Source of the DNA: Candidatus Desantisbacteria bacterium
Lineage (GTDB): Bacteria; JACRDZ01
Reading direction: 5' to 3'
Length of the DNA stretch: 40,814 nucleotides
NCBI GenBank assembly: GCA_016209155.1
Contig: JACQWU010000022.1
Location: forward strand, 1 to 40,814
Shown: one piece after another, positions 24,385 to 32,713 of the stretch
Layout: every line of letters starts with the position of its first letter
Position numbering within the stretch: position 1 is the stretch's first letter
Made by a program: the position numbers and the translations under genes
Notes under the pieces: generated by a model
Told to the model about the DNA's origin: nothing
The model's database searches: none
What the model saw: the letters and a program-made list of their open reading frames with translations, nothing else

Positions 24385-25231
24385 ATTAACTGTCGAAAAA
24401 GTGTTGTCAGGAGTTACTAATAATCAATCATGTTTTCTATCAGTGAGCTGGGGGGGCGTTATAGCTGTTACTATAGCTATGATGATACTTACTCTTGTAT
24501 CCGTCGCATATTCCATGAGCGGCCGGGAGATATATGAAAATGTGCATGCTGTAAGATCAAAGGCACTTGACCGAAAAACAGAGATCACTATGGTTCTATT
24601 TGATAAAGGCGGTGGCAAACGTACACGCACCCTAACAGAATTCAGCAAAAAAGTAGATACACAGGCTTACAAGATTCTTGTGGTATTTAATTCCCCAGCA
24701 GACCTTAAAGATGTCGGGTTTTTGATCCATGCTCGTACCTTTGCTGACCGGGACATCTGGGCATATTTTCCTGAATATAAACGCATCCGGCGCATTCCTA
24801 CGAATTCCCAGGATGATTCATTCTTCGGATCGGATTTTTCATATGACGACTTCAGTGGCCCGCCGAATCTCGAAGATTATTCATTTAAAATCTTATCAGA
24901 AGAAGTGTTAGACGGTAAATCGTGTTATGTTGTCGAAGTAATACCCAAAGTCAAGAGAAAGTACACTCGGTATATTGCATGGATAGCGAAAGACCTCTGG
25001 ATACATATGAAGATCGAATATTATCAGGAGGATGAGCTTTATCGTGAAGGAATATTTAAGGATATCAAAATCATAGACGGCATACCTACGCCCTTTAAGG
25101 CGAATATGGTGAACAAAAAGAGCAATCATGCAACAGAACTCACAATCGAAAATATTAAGTACAATACAAACCATCCGGATGGTCTCTTTACCCAGAGATC
25201 TTTGGAAGGCGGAGAAGTTAGCGAAAAATGA
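24377..25231 (+). CDS. LolA-like outer-membrane lipoprotein-sorting family protein
   Basis: It overlaps the permease stop by 8 nt. It has a hydrophobic N-terminal segment and the motif SQDDSFFGSDFSYDDF, which I recognise as the hallmark of the LolA_like family often found beside FtsX-type ABC permeases. Confidence 0.7.
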   Translation: MNKLTVEKVLSGVTNNQSCFLSVSWGGVIAVTIAMMILTLVSVAYSMSGREIYENVHAVRSKALDRKTEITMVLFDKGGGKRTRTLTEFSKKVDTQAYKILVVFNSPADLKDVGFLIHARTFADRDIWAYFPEYKRIRRIPTNSQDDSFFGSDFSYDDFSGPPNLEDYSFKILSEEVLDGKSCYVVEVIPKVKRKYTRYIAWIAKDLWIHMKIEYYQEDELYREGIFKDIKIIDGIPTPFKANMVNKKSNHATELTIENIKYNTNHPDGLFTQRSLEGGEVSEK

Positions 25232-26598
25232 AGAAATTTTCTTTTGTAATTATCTTTGTCTTTCTCATATTTTTCTCTGTATCAGTTGTATATTCCGATG
25301 ATATGGTTTTGGTTACAGGCAGAATGCTCAGTTCTGCACCGGTAAGGCTCAATGATCAGAGCACAGAAGAGTATCCGAGTGTTCTTGGAAGAATAAAATT
25401 AAAAGTATCAAAATCATCATTACATTTCCTTTCATTGATGGAAGGTGGAGTGGATGGGACTATTCGGTCGCCGAGGAGAGACCATTACTTATTTAAAAAC
25501 TATCACGATGTGTATCAAGATAATACACCCTACCTGGAATTTAAGGAGCTTTACCTTACGAAATCTTATAAAAGTTTCGATCTTAAAGTAGGCATTCAGC
25601 GATTTTCATGGGGAAGACTCGACGATTATCCGGTTAATGATCTCTTGAATCCTTGGGATTATACACGTTTCATTTTGAAATCGCTCGAAGACCGCAAGAT
25701 CGGTGTGCCTTCTATTTCAGCAAATGTGAGCAAAGAGGATTGGGCATATCAGGCGGTATGGGTTCCAATTTTTGTGCCCTACCGTCTTGCCAAGCCGAAT
25801 GAGCGGTGGTCGGGTATTCCCGTTGGAACAGTCTTTTCAAAAATTAATGATGCAGAAGTGCTCTCAGGGGAGCCTGATTTGGCGTCTAATAAGCTCGAAA
25901 ACAGTTCTTTTGGATTTCGCATGCAGCGGATGGGAGAAATAGAATGGGCGATTAATCTCTTCTACGGCTTTGATCCGCGTCCTGTATTCAAAACCACGGA
26001 ACTGAGCATCTCGGAATTTCAGGGGAAACTTCTCATCGATCCTGGAATCGTTCCATCGTTCCATAAGATCGCATCTGTGGGAACGGATGCTGCCATGGTA
26101 AAAGGTGATTGGAGTCTAAGAGCAGAATCAGCATATACATTTAATCGTTTTTTCAATATTAGGTCCGATCTTTGGGGATACCCTCAATCGCTTATAGCAG
26201 GAGTAACCCCTTTAAACCCAATTGAGATAAAGCGAGATACCCTTGATTATGGAATAGCGGCGGATTACAACCTTTTTGAGGATGGACTGCTGACCATGCA
26301 GCTGCAGCAGACCTTAATTTTTAAGAAACCCGATACATTGTACAATAAAACAATCGAAACCATACTATGGGCCAATCTTAAAGTCGGCTGGATGAACCAG
26401 AAGCTTGAAACAAATTTCAATTTAGCATCCAATCCCGAACACGGTGCAAATATGGTCAAGGCGAATGCATATTATGTATTTGATGATTCGTGGAAAACCG
26501 GTATTACCGCTATATTATTGGATGGGCCACCACAATCTCTGTGGGGTATGTATTCAAAGAATGATCAGATAGGGATGGAAGTTGTATATTCATGGTAG
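25228..26598 (+). CDS. Outer-membrane beta-barrel protein (DUF1302-like)
   Basis: ATG overlaps the upstream stop (ATGA). It has a classical signal peptide ([25 protein letters not shown]), alternating beta-strand-like sequence, and a C-terminal aromatic residue (..VVYSW) typical of OMPs. The family name is from memory only. Confidence 0.55.
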   Translation: MKKFSFVIIFVFLIFFSVSVVYSDDMVLVTGRMLSSAPVRLNDQSTEEYPSVLGRIKLKVSKSSLHFLSLMEGGVDGTIRSPRRDHYLFKNYHDVYQDNTPYLEFKELYLTKSYKSFDLKVGIQRFSWGRLDDYPVNDLLNPWDYTRFILKSLEDRKIGVPSISANVSKEDWAYQAVWVPIFVPYRLAKPNERWSGIPVGTVFSKINDAEVLSGEPDLASNKLENSSFGFRMQRMGEIEWAINLFYGFDPRPVFKTTELSISEFQGKLLIDPGIVPSFHKIASVGTDAAMVKGDWSLRAESAYTFNRFFNIRSDLWGYPQSLIAGVTPLNPIEIKRDTLDYGIAADYNLFEDGLLTMQLQQTLIFKKPDTLYNKTIETILWANLKVGWMNQKLETNFNLASNPEHGANMVKANAYYVFDDSWKTGITAILLDGPPQSLWGMYSKNDQIGMEVVYSW

Positions 26599-26649
26599 AT
26601 ATATATCTTTAGTTTCTAGATCCACGTTCATAAATAAATTAGGGAAAAT

Positions 26650-27630
26650 ATGTCTAAAAATATTGTTTTTATGTTCTCTGGGCAAGGAGCCCAATATTTT
26701 CATATGGGTAAAGAATTATTTATTAATAATGAAACTTTCAGAAAATGGATGTTGTTATTAGATAAACAGATAGAGGATATTATTGATATTTCAATTATTG
26801 AAATAATGTATAGTAATGTCAAAAAGAAGAGTGATAAATTTTCTCGTTTATTATATTCGCATCCTGCTATTTTTATGATTGAATATTCATTGGCTCAGTG
26901 TTTATTGGATGAAGGGATTATCCCTGATTATGTTTTTGGATCAAGCATGGGGGAATTCGCTGCTTGTGCTATTGCAGATGCATTGGATTTGGAAAATATA
27001 ATTTTGGCTATAATAGAGCAAGCTTTTACTTTGGAACAAAAATGCCCTGAAGGGTCTCTGATTACTATTCTTGGGGATCAATCAATGTATGAAAATATTT
27101 TGATGATTAAAGAAAATAGTGAGCTTGCCGGTATCAATTTTAAATCACATTTTGTAATTTCAACCGATTTGGAAAGAAAAAGCATTATAGAAAAATTTTT
27201 AAAAGATAATAATATTGAATACTATATTTCACCTGTATCCCGGGCATTTCATTCTTCGTTAATTGAACCTGCAAAAGACACATATATATCATTTCTTAAA
27301 AAACAATTTTATAAGTCTCCTAAGATTCCCATTATCTCATCGACCTATGCTGATTTTATTTATAATATTCATGAAACTTATTTATGGGATATTATTCGAA
27401 AGCCTGTTTTAATAAATGAAACTATAAAGAAAATAGAATCAGTTCATGAATGTATATATTTGGATTTGGGACCAACAGGTACAATGGCAAATTTTATAAA
27501 ATATAATTTGGAAGCGAAATCCAATTCGATTTTTTTCCCAATTATAACACCTTTTTCTAATGATCTTGCGAATTTTTATAAATTAAAAGATTGGTTTGTA
27601 AAAAACAATAAAATAAAACATCTTATGTAA
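26650..27630 (+). CDS. Discrete acyltransferase-fold protein (trans-AT or acylhydrolase type), atypical active site GSSMG
   Basis: Motifs are FMFSGQGAQY, GSSMGEF (nucleophile elbow) and SRAFHSS. The residue 25 positions after the Ser, which aligns with FabD Arg117, is Gln (..IIEQAF..). Confidence 0.8.
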   Translation: MSKNIVFMFSGQGAQYFHMGKELFINNETFRKWMLLLDKQIEDIIDISIIEIMYSNVKKKSDKFSRLLYSHPAIFMIEYSLAQCLLDEGIIPDYVFGSSMGEFAACAIADALDLENIILAIIEQAFTLEQKCPEGSLITILGDQSMYENILMIKENSELAGINFKSHFVISTDLERKSIIEKFLKDNNIEYYISPVSRAFHSSLIEPAKDTYISFLKKQFYKSPKIPIISSTYADFIYNIHETYLWDIIRKPVLINETIKKIESVHECIYLDLGPTGTMANFIKYNLEAKSNSIFFPIITPFSNDLANFYKLKDWFVKNNKIKHLM

Positions 27631-27656
27631 ACAATTATAAAATATAAAGAGCAAAT

Positions 27657-28514
27657 ATGAAAACATATGTTTTTCCTGGACAAGGGACTCAAAGAGTAGG
27701 TATGGGTAAGGATCTATTTGAAGAATATAAAAATCTGATTTCGATAATAAATGAAATATTGGGTTATTCTATTGAGGAACTTTGTTTAAAAGATCCGGAG
27801 AACAATCTAAATAAAACACAATATGCTCAACCTGCAATATTCGTTGTTAATTCGTTGGCATATTTAAAAAAAATAAAGGAAACCGTAATTAAACCTGATT
27901 TTGTTATAGGACATAGTCTTGGAGAATATAATGCGTTATTTGCTGCCGATGCTTTTAATTTCGAAACAGGATTAAAATTAGTCAAAAAACGCGGAGAGTT
28001 AATGAGTCGTATGTTGGATGGTGGAATGGCTGCTATTATTGGTTTGTGTGATAATGATATTAAGAGAATAATAAATGATAATGAACTTAATACATTAAAC
28101 ATTGCAAATTACAATACTCCATTACAAATAGTAATCGCAGGACCAAAATCCGACATAATTAAATCTCAAACAGTTTTTGAAAAAAATGGATGTGCATTAT
28201 TTGTTTTATTAAATGTTAATGGAGCATTTCATACACATTATATGGAAGCAGCCAAAAGAGAATTTGATGTTTTTTTAAAAGATATTTCTTTCTCAGAATT
28301 ACAAATTACTGTTATAGCAAATATAACAGGAAAGCCCCATAAAAATAATGAAATTAAAAAAAATCTGGTTGAACATTTTACAAATCCTGTTAGATTTACA
28401 GACAGTATCCTGTTTTTGCTTTCTCAAGGCGTATCTCAATTTGAAGAAATCGGAGAATCAAAAGTTTTAACAGGATTAATTCAAAAAATGAAAAAAGAAA
28501 TAAAACCACAATAG
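27657..28514 (+). CDS. Discrete malonyl-CoA:ACP transacylase-type trans-AT (FabD-like)
   Basis: Motifs are VFPGQGTQ, GHSLGEYNAL, Arg at Ser+25 (VKKRGELM) and NGAFHTHYM, with a C-terminal GESKVLTGL. This is the full canonical malonyl-specific set. Confidence 0.85.
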   Translation: MKTYVFPGQGTQRVGMGKDLFEEYKNLISIINEILGYSIEELCLKDPENNLNKTQYAQPAIFVVNSLAYLKKIKETVIKPDFVIGHSLGEYNALFAADAFNFETGLKLVKKRGELMSRMLDGGMAAIIGLCDNDIKRIINDNELNTLNIANYNTPLQIVIAGPKSDIIKSQTVFEKNGCALFVLLNVNGAFHTHYMEAAKREFDVFLKDISFSELQITVIANITGKPHKNNEIKKNLVEHFTNPVRFTDSILFLLSQGVSQFEEIGESKVLTGLIQKMKKEIKPQ

Positions 28515-28767
28515 CATTTTAAATATCATTGATCTTATAGCTGTCGGATTGGATTATACCAAATAAGATATAAAATAATTCTTAATAAACTAAAAAATAT
28601 TTCCCTGCTATTAAACTCTGATCCGAAGATTTTGGAAAAAGCTGGATAATAATAGAAGTGCAAAGTTCAACTACTTGTCAAAGTTATAATTTAGTACTAC
28701 TATATGCAATAGTAGTATATTGGATTGTATTAAATTTAAAGCATAGGAAATTGAAACGCTCGATAAA

Positions 28768-28813
28768 TCGAGCAACTACATTAAAATTTTGTAGTTGCCT
28801 GATTCATCAGGCT
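28768..28813 (+). repeat. Copy A of a two-hairpin ~47-nt repeat (copy B at 33415-33461)
   Basis: Sequence: tcgagcaactacattaaaattttgtagttgcctgattcatcaggct. Hairpin 1 is gcaactaca/tgtagttgc (9 bp) and hairpin 2 is gcctga-ttca-tcaggc. It ends 30 nt before the ATG at 28843. Confidence 0.6.
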
Positions 28814-28842
28814 AACTGTCAAAAGTAAAAAGAAGGGAAAAT

Positions 28843-29274
28843 ATGAGTATTCAGATTGAGTCAGTTACAAAAGAGTATAAGCTCGGGAAAACCACAGTAA
28901 ATGCTCTGCGCGGTGTTTCTCTAAAGATTGATCAAGGTGAGTTTGTCGCGTTGGTTGGGCCGTCAGGTAGCGGAAAATCCACAACACTTCATATTATTGG
29001 GGCGCTGAATCGACCGACATCAGGGGATGTGAGAATTAATGAAATGCAGGTCAAACAAATGAGTGATAAAGACTTGGCTCGCTTGCGCCGCGAACATATC
29101 GGATTTATTTTTCAATCATTTAATTTGATTCCTGTGTTAAGTGTTTATGGAAATGTGGAATTTCCTCTTCTTTTAATGAAGATTCCAAAACAAGAACGCA
29201 GGGAATGGGTTATGGCAACCTTAAAATGTGTTGAATTAGAAGACAGAGCAGAGCACAATACTGAGGAATTGAGC
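28843..29274 (+). pseudogene. 5' fragment of a second LolD/MacB-type ABC ATPase gene, truncated just before the LSGGQ signature
   Basis: It has Walker A (GPSGSGKST) and FNLIPVLSVYGNVEFPLLL, and ends at ...RAEHNTEELS. Here the frame runs straight into IS transposase sequence instead of GGQ. Confidence 0.75.
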
Positions 29275-30158
29275 GAGTTGTCAGCATTTGGATATAATAG
29301 AGATGGAAAGAAAGGCAAAAAACAAATAGTAATTGGTCTTTTATGTGATGAAAATGGTATCCCTTTATCAATATAGAAGTGTTTATTGGTAATACACAAG
29401 ACCCTGTGACATTTACTCCTCAAATTAAAAAAGTTGCAGAACGTTTTGGAAATGTTGATGTAACATTCGTCGGGGATCGCGGAATGATTAAAAGTAAACA
29501 GATAGAAGAATTGGGATCAGCAGGATTTCATTATATCACGGCAATTACAAAACCGCAGATAGAAAAATTGCTTAAGGAAGAAATAATCCAGATGGAACTT
29601 TTCCAGCAGGAACTTGCAGAAATAAAAACCACGGAAGGAGTCAGATATGTGCTCAGGCGGAATCCGATGCGAGCTGAAGAAATAAAAAAATCAAGGCAGG
29701 AGAAATTAGAAATATTAAAAAAAGAAATTGATAAACAAAATCAATATGGATGTTATATACTGAAGACTGATTTATCGGATATATCGGTAACAAAAGAAAT
29801 AATTCACAACCGGTATAAAGATATTGCATTGGTAGAAACCGCATTCCGAAGCAGTAAAACAGTAGAACTGGAGCTTCGTCCAATTCATGTCCGTCTTGCA
29901 ACACGGACACGAGGACATGCATTTGTTGTAATGGCAGCATATCGGATTATTAATGAATTATCAAAACGCTGGAAGCAATTTAATTTAACAGTACAAGAAG
30001 GGATAGATGAACTTGCTTCTTTTTGCGCTATTGAATTATCGCTTGATGGTGTAGCACAATTTAATAATATTCCAGAACCTCGTGAGTCAGTTAAAAAATT
30101 ATTAGATGCTGCAAATGTTCGTCTGCCAAAATGTTTGCCGTGTAGTGTAGCGGAATAA
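29275..30158 (+). mobile_element. IS1634-family (IS4-like) DDE transposase remnant: N-terminally truncated and frameshifted
   Basis: FGYNRDGKKGKKQIVIGLLCDENGIPLSI is followed by TAG. Translation continues 2 nt out of frame as EVFIGNTQDP...VGDRGMIKS...NRYKDIALVETAFRSSK...LRPIHV...TRGH. About 290 aa of homology remain, where I recall ~500-550 aa for intact members. No left end is visible and the right end is not defined. Confidence 0.7.
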
Positions 30159-30356
30159 ATGTAACCACTAAAAAAAAGCTGCAATTACATCGTAAAAATG
30201 CTTAATTTTCAAAGACTTATGCGTGTTTTGTTGCGTAAATTTAAGGGGACCACCTCTTGAAATATAGCGCGTTAAAAACAAAATGTCGCATTTTTGAAAA
30301 TTGGGAATTCAGCAAAAACATTGTTAATTAAGGTTTTTCAGCTTTTTTGAAATATA

Positions 30357-31031
30357 AAAAAGCTGCACCTTTGGTATGCCTCTACAGCTGCTGCCGAGAT
30401 AAATTTAACGTATCTCCGAGATATAATCTCTGAAGAGGAGCTCCAGCGAGCTGAGCGGTTTTACTTTGAGCGTGATCGCATAAGGTTTGTGGTGGCACGT
30501 GGCGTGCTCAGGCTTATTCTCAGTCGTTATATGAATACTTCACCTACCGAGTTAACTTTTACTCATAACGAGTATGGCAAACCATCACTCAACGCATGCC
30601 GTGGAAATAGGCTTTGCTTTAATGTATCCCATTCAGCAGAAAGAGTCCTTTATGCAGTAGCTTATGGCCGCGAGGTTGGTGTTGATATAGAATATATCCG
30701 TCCATTTGAAAACGCTGAGGAAATTGTGGAACGCTTTTTTTCAGAACAGGAGAAAGTGGAGTTCCGTAATCTTCCATCGCAGCTTAAAAACAATACGTTC
30801 TTTATATGGTGGACAAGGAAGGAGGCTTATGCGAAAGCGATTGGTCTAGGAATGTCAGTTCCATTTGATAATTTTTCGGTCTCATCAATCTCAGATGAAC
30901 CCTTTACCCCAATTCGATGTGAAGATGCTACAAGGTGGATTATCAAAGATGTTAAGGTAGATTCCAAATATGTTGCAGCAGTTGCTGCAGAAGGGTCAAA
31001 AATGAATCTTTATTTCTGGAGATGGGTATAG
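30357..31031 (+). CDS. Sfp-type 4'-phosphopantetheinyl transferase; homology begins with no canonical start codon, so it is possibly inactivated
   Basis: The open frame from 30357 reads KKLHLWYAST...SEEELQRAERFYFERDRIRFVVARGVLRLIL...YGKPSL...FNVSHS...GVDIEYI...WTRKEAYAKAIG. This is the W/KEA and GxD-E pattern of Sfp-type PPTases. The first ATG/GTG/TTG in frame is GTG 30489, which would delete ~44 conserved N-terminal residues. Confidence 0.75.
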   Translation, partial: KKLHLWYASTAAAEINLTYLRDIISEEELQRAERFYFERDRIRFVVARGVLRLILSRYMNTSPTELTFTHNEYGKPSLNACRGNRLCFNVSHSAERVLYAVAYGREVGVDIEYIRPFENAEEIVERFFSEQEKVEFRNLPSQLKNNTFFIWWTRKEAYAKAIGLGMSVPFDNFSVSSISDEPFTPIRCEDATRWIIKDVKVDSKYVAAVAAEGSKMNLYFWRWV

Positions 31032-31181
31032 GGCAATGTAACGATTTGTAGCTGTAATTGCTAACATTATTTTTTCACCAATTTATAAGAATAAAATAGT
31101 CTAAAAAATGAGTTAAAATAAATGCAAGTGAGGAATAAAATTTCACTTTTCGCATAAAAATACAATATTTGATTTAGAAAT

Positions 31182-31210
31182 AAAAAAAGCCTTCTTAATC
31201 AAAGAAGGCT
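31182..31210 (-). terminator. Possible rho-independent terminator oriented for the minus strand (orphan)
   Basis: The stem is agccttctt (31188-31196) paired with aagaaggct (31202-31210), with loop aatca. The A-run at 31182-31188 becomes a U-tract only on the minus strand. No intact minus-strand gene lies upstream of it. Confidence 0.35.
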
Positions 31211-31318
31211 TGTAAGTAGTTATTACTCAAGTTGACTGACTTTTTTTACTTGATCTACGCAAATCTATTGCGCAGTAAGCCTTTCAAAAATCCTCAAACT
31301 TACCTTAAGTATTTTTGA

Positions 31319-31552
31319 TGGAGGAGAGATGCAGTAATCCCGGTTATACCAATTAATTTAAGCACTGAAAGCAATAAAGCAAAGCTTGCTTCTACAGCAG
31401 GAATTCCAGAAGATGATGCTAAAAAAATAATTGATTTGAGAAAATCTCGAAATGCTGAGTTCCATTCATGGAATCAATTGGAGGTGATTAAGGAATTAAA
31501 TATTACTAAACTTAAAGAATTATCAGAAAAAGGAAAAATCAAATTAAAATGA
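31319..31552 (+). pseudogene. Start-less helix-hairpin-helix (ComEA-like) ORF fragment
   Basis: The open frame reads ..PINLSTESNKAKLASTAGIPEDDAKKIIDLRKSRNAEFHSWNQLEVIKELNITKLKELSEKG. This fits the N-x-A-x-x-x-L...GI...A..I...R...F.....L pattern of HhH DNA-binding repeats. An RBS-preceded ATG at 31329 is out of frame and stops after 2 codons. Confidence 0.35.
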
Positions 31553-31576
31553 ACCATAATATAAGGAGAAAATATA

Positions 31577-32713
31577 ATGAAAAATTTAACACTCTATTAC
31601 GCAACCAATCGCAAGCACAAAGGATCAGATCGTTTTAAACCAGATTCGTATGAAACTGCTTTTAGCGATGATGGGATGGAAAATCTGCGTTTTGGTAAAG
31701 TTACTTTGTCAGCAGATGAAAATGAGATTGCAAAATACGTTAGTATTACTAAAAAGTTTGGAACAGGGGATGGCGTTGGATTATCCGAATATCTTACTGA
31801 ATGCGCGAAATCAGCTACAATTGAGGCATTTAAGGAAGAGCTTAACCCAAAAATATCTGACATACATCAAAAAGATGCCAAATTCGGTTCAACGGCTATG
31901 TTTGATGAGTTAAAGAAAATAATGGAGAATAAAAGTGATGTCTTAATTTATATTCATGGTTTTAATGTTTCCTGGCATGAGGCTGTTGGGTCTGCATTAT
32001 CTTTGCAAGAGATGCTCAACAATTCTAAAGTTAAAGACCCCAAACAAAATTTACTTGTTATTCTATTTACCTGGCCATCAAATGGACAGGCGCTTCCTTT
32101 TGTATCATATAAGTCAGACAGAACAGATGCAAAAACTTCCGGGTATGCTTTTGCCAGAGGAATGTTAAAAGTCAGGGATTTTCTTATGAAAATTAAAAAA
32201 GATGGGGGGATCCTTTGCGGACAGGATATTCATCTGCTTTGTCATTCTATGGGGAATTATGTCTTGCAGAATAGTCTTGAACGTATAGATCAATTTACTC
32301 CGGGTTCAGTTCTTCCAAGAATATTTGAACATATATTTCTCTGTGCTCCTGATGTTGATGATAACGTTCTTGAACCAGGTGAACCAATGGGTAATCTGCA
32401 TGAACTTGCCAGAAGTGTAAGCATTTATCATAACAAGGAAGATAAGGCAATGTATGTCTCAGACTATACTAAAGGTAATCCAGAACGTCTGGGAACAGGA
32501 GGAGTAGCACGCCCTTCAATATTGCATAATAAAATTCAACAGATAAATTGTACTCCCATTGTACAGGGGGAGGGGTTTGTTGAGCATAGTTATTATTTTT
32601 CCGGTTATGTAAACGAAGATATCAGGTATAGCATTGATAGTGTATCACATGAAGACAGCAAACGTCGACGTACCCGTGATATTAGTTTGCCAAATGTCTG
32701 GAGAATGAAATAA
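31577..32713 (+). CDS. Alpha/beta-hydrolase fold protein, DUF900-like
   Basis: AAGGAG RBS. Motifs are YYATNR, VLIYIHGFNVS, FTWPS, SYKSDRTDAKTSG and the nucleophile elbow CHSMGNY, then CAPDVD. The pattern matches my recollection of the DUF900 family. Confidence 0.65.
   Translation: MKNLTLYYATNRKHKGSDRFKPDSYETAFSDDGMENLRFGKVTLSADENEIAKYVSITKKFGTGDGVGLSEYLTECAKSATIEAFKEELNPKISDIHQKDAKFGSTAMFDELKKIMENKSDVLIYIHGFNVSWHEAVGSALSLQEMLNNSKVKDPKQNLLVILFTWPSNGQALPFVSYKSDRTDAKTSGYAFARGMLKVRDFLMKIKKDGGILCGQDIHLLCHSMGNYVLQNSLERIDQFTPGSVLPRIFEHIFLCAPDVDDNVLEPGEPMGNLHELARSVSIYHNKEDKAMYVSDYTKGNPERLGTGGVARPSILHNKIQQINCTPIVQGEGFVEHSYYFSGYVNEDIRYSIDSVSHEDSKRRRTRDISLPNVWRMK

Noticed and set aside
28695-28717. A perfect 9-bp palindrome, tactactat-atgca-atagtagta, upstream of the ABC fragment. 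It might be an operator or a terminator.
   Set aside because: It is a single occurrence with no adjacent U-tract or recognisable promoter elements, next to a dead gene. That is too little to support a call.
30172-30366. The 12-mer aaaaaagctgca occurs twice (30172-30183 and 30355-30366). It might be a target-site duplication or mark the IS terminus.
   Set aside because: It is half A-run in very AT-rich DNA. Both copies lie on the same (right) side of the transposase remnant, so they cannot be a flanking duplication, and I cannot define IS ends without an intact copy.
31597-32168. ORFs 31597-31863 (-), 31650-31913 (+) and 31956-32168 (+).
   Set aside because: They lie completely inside the DUF900-like CDS, which has an RBS and family motifs across its full length. 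They are alternative-frame artefacts.
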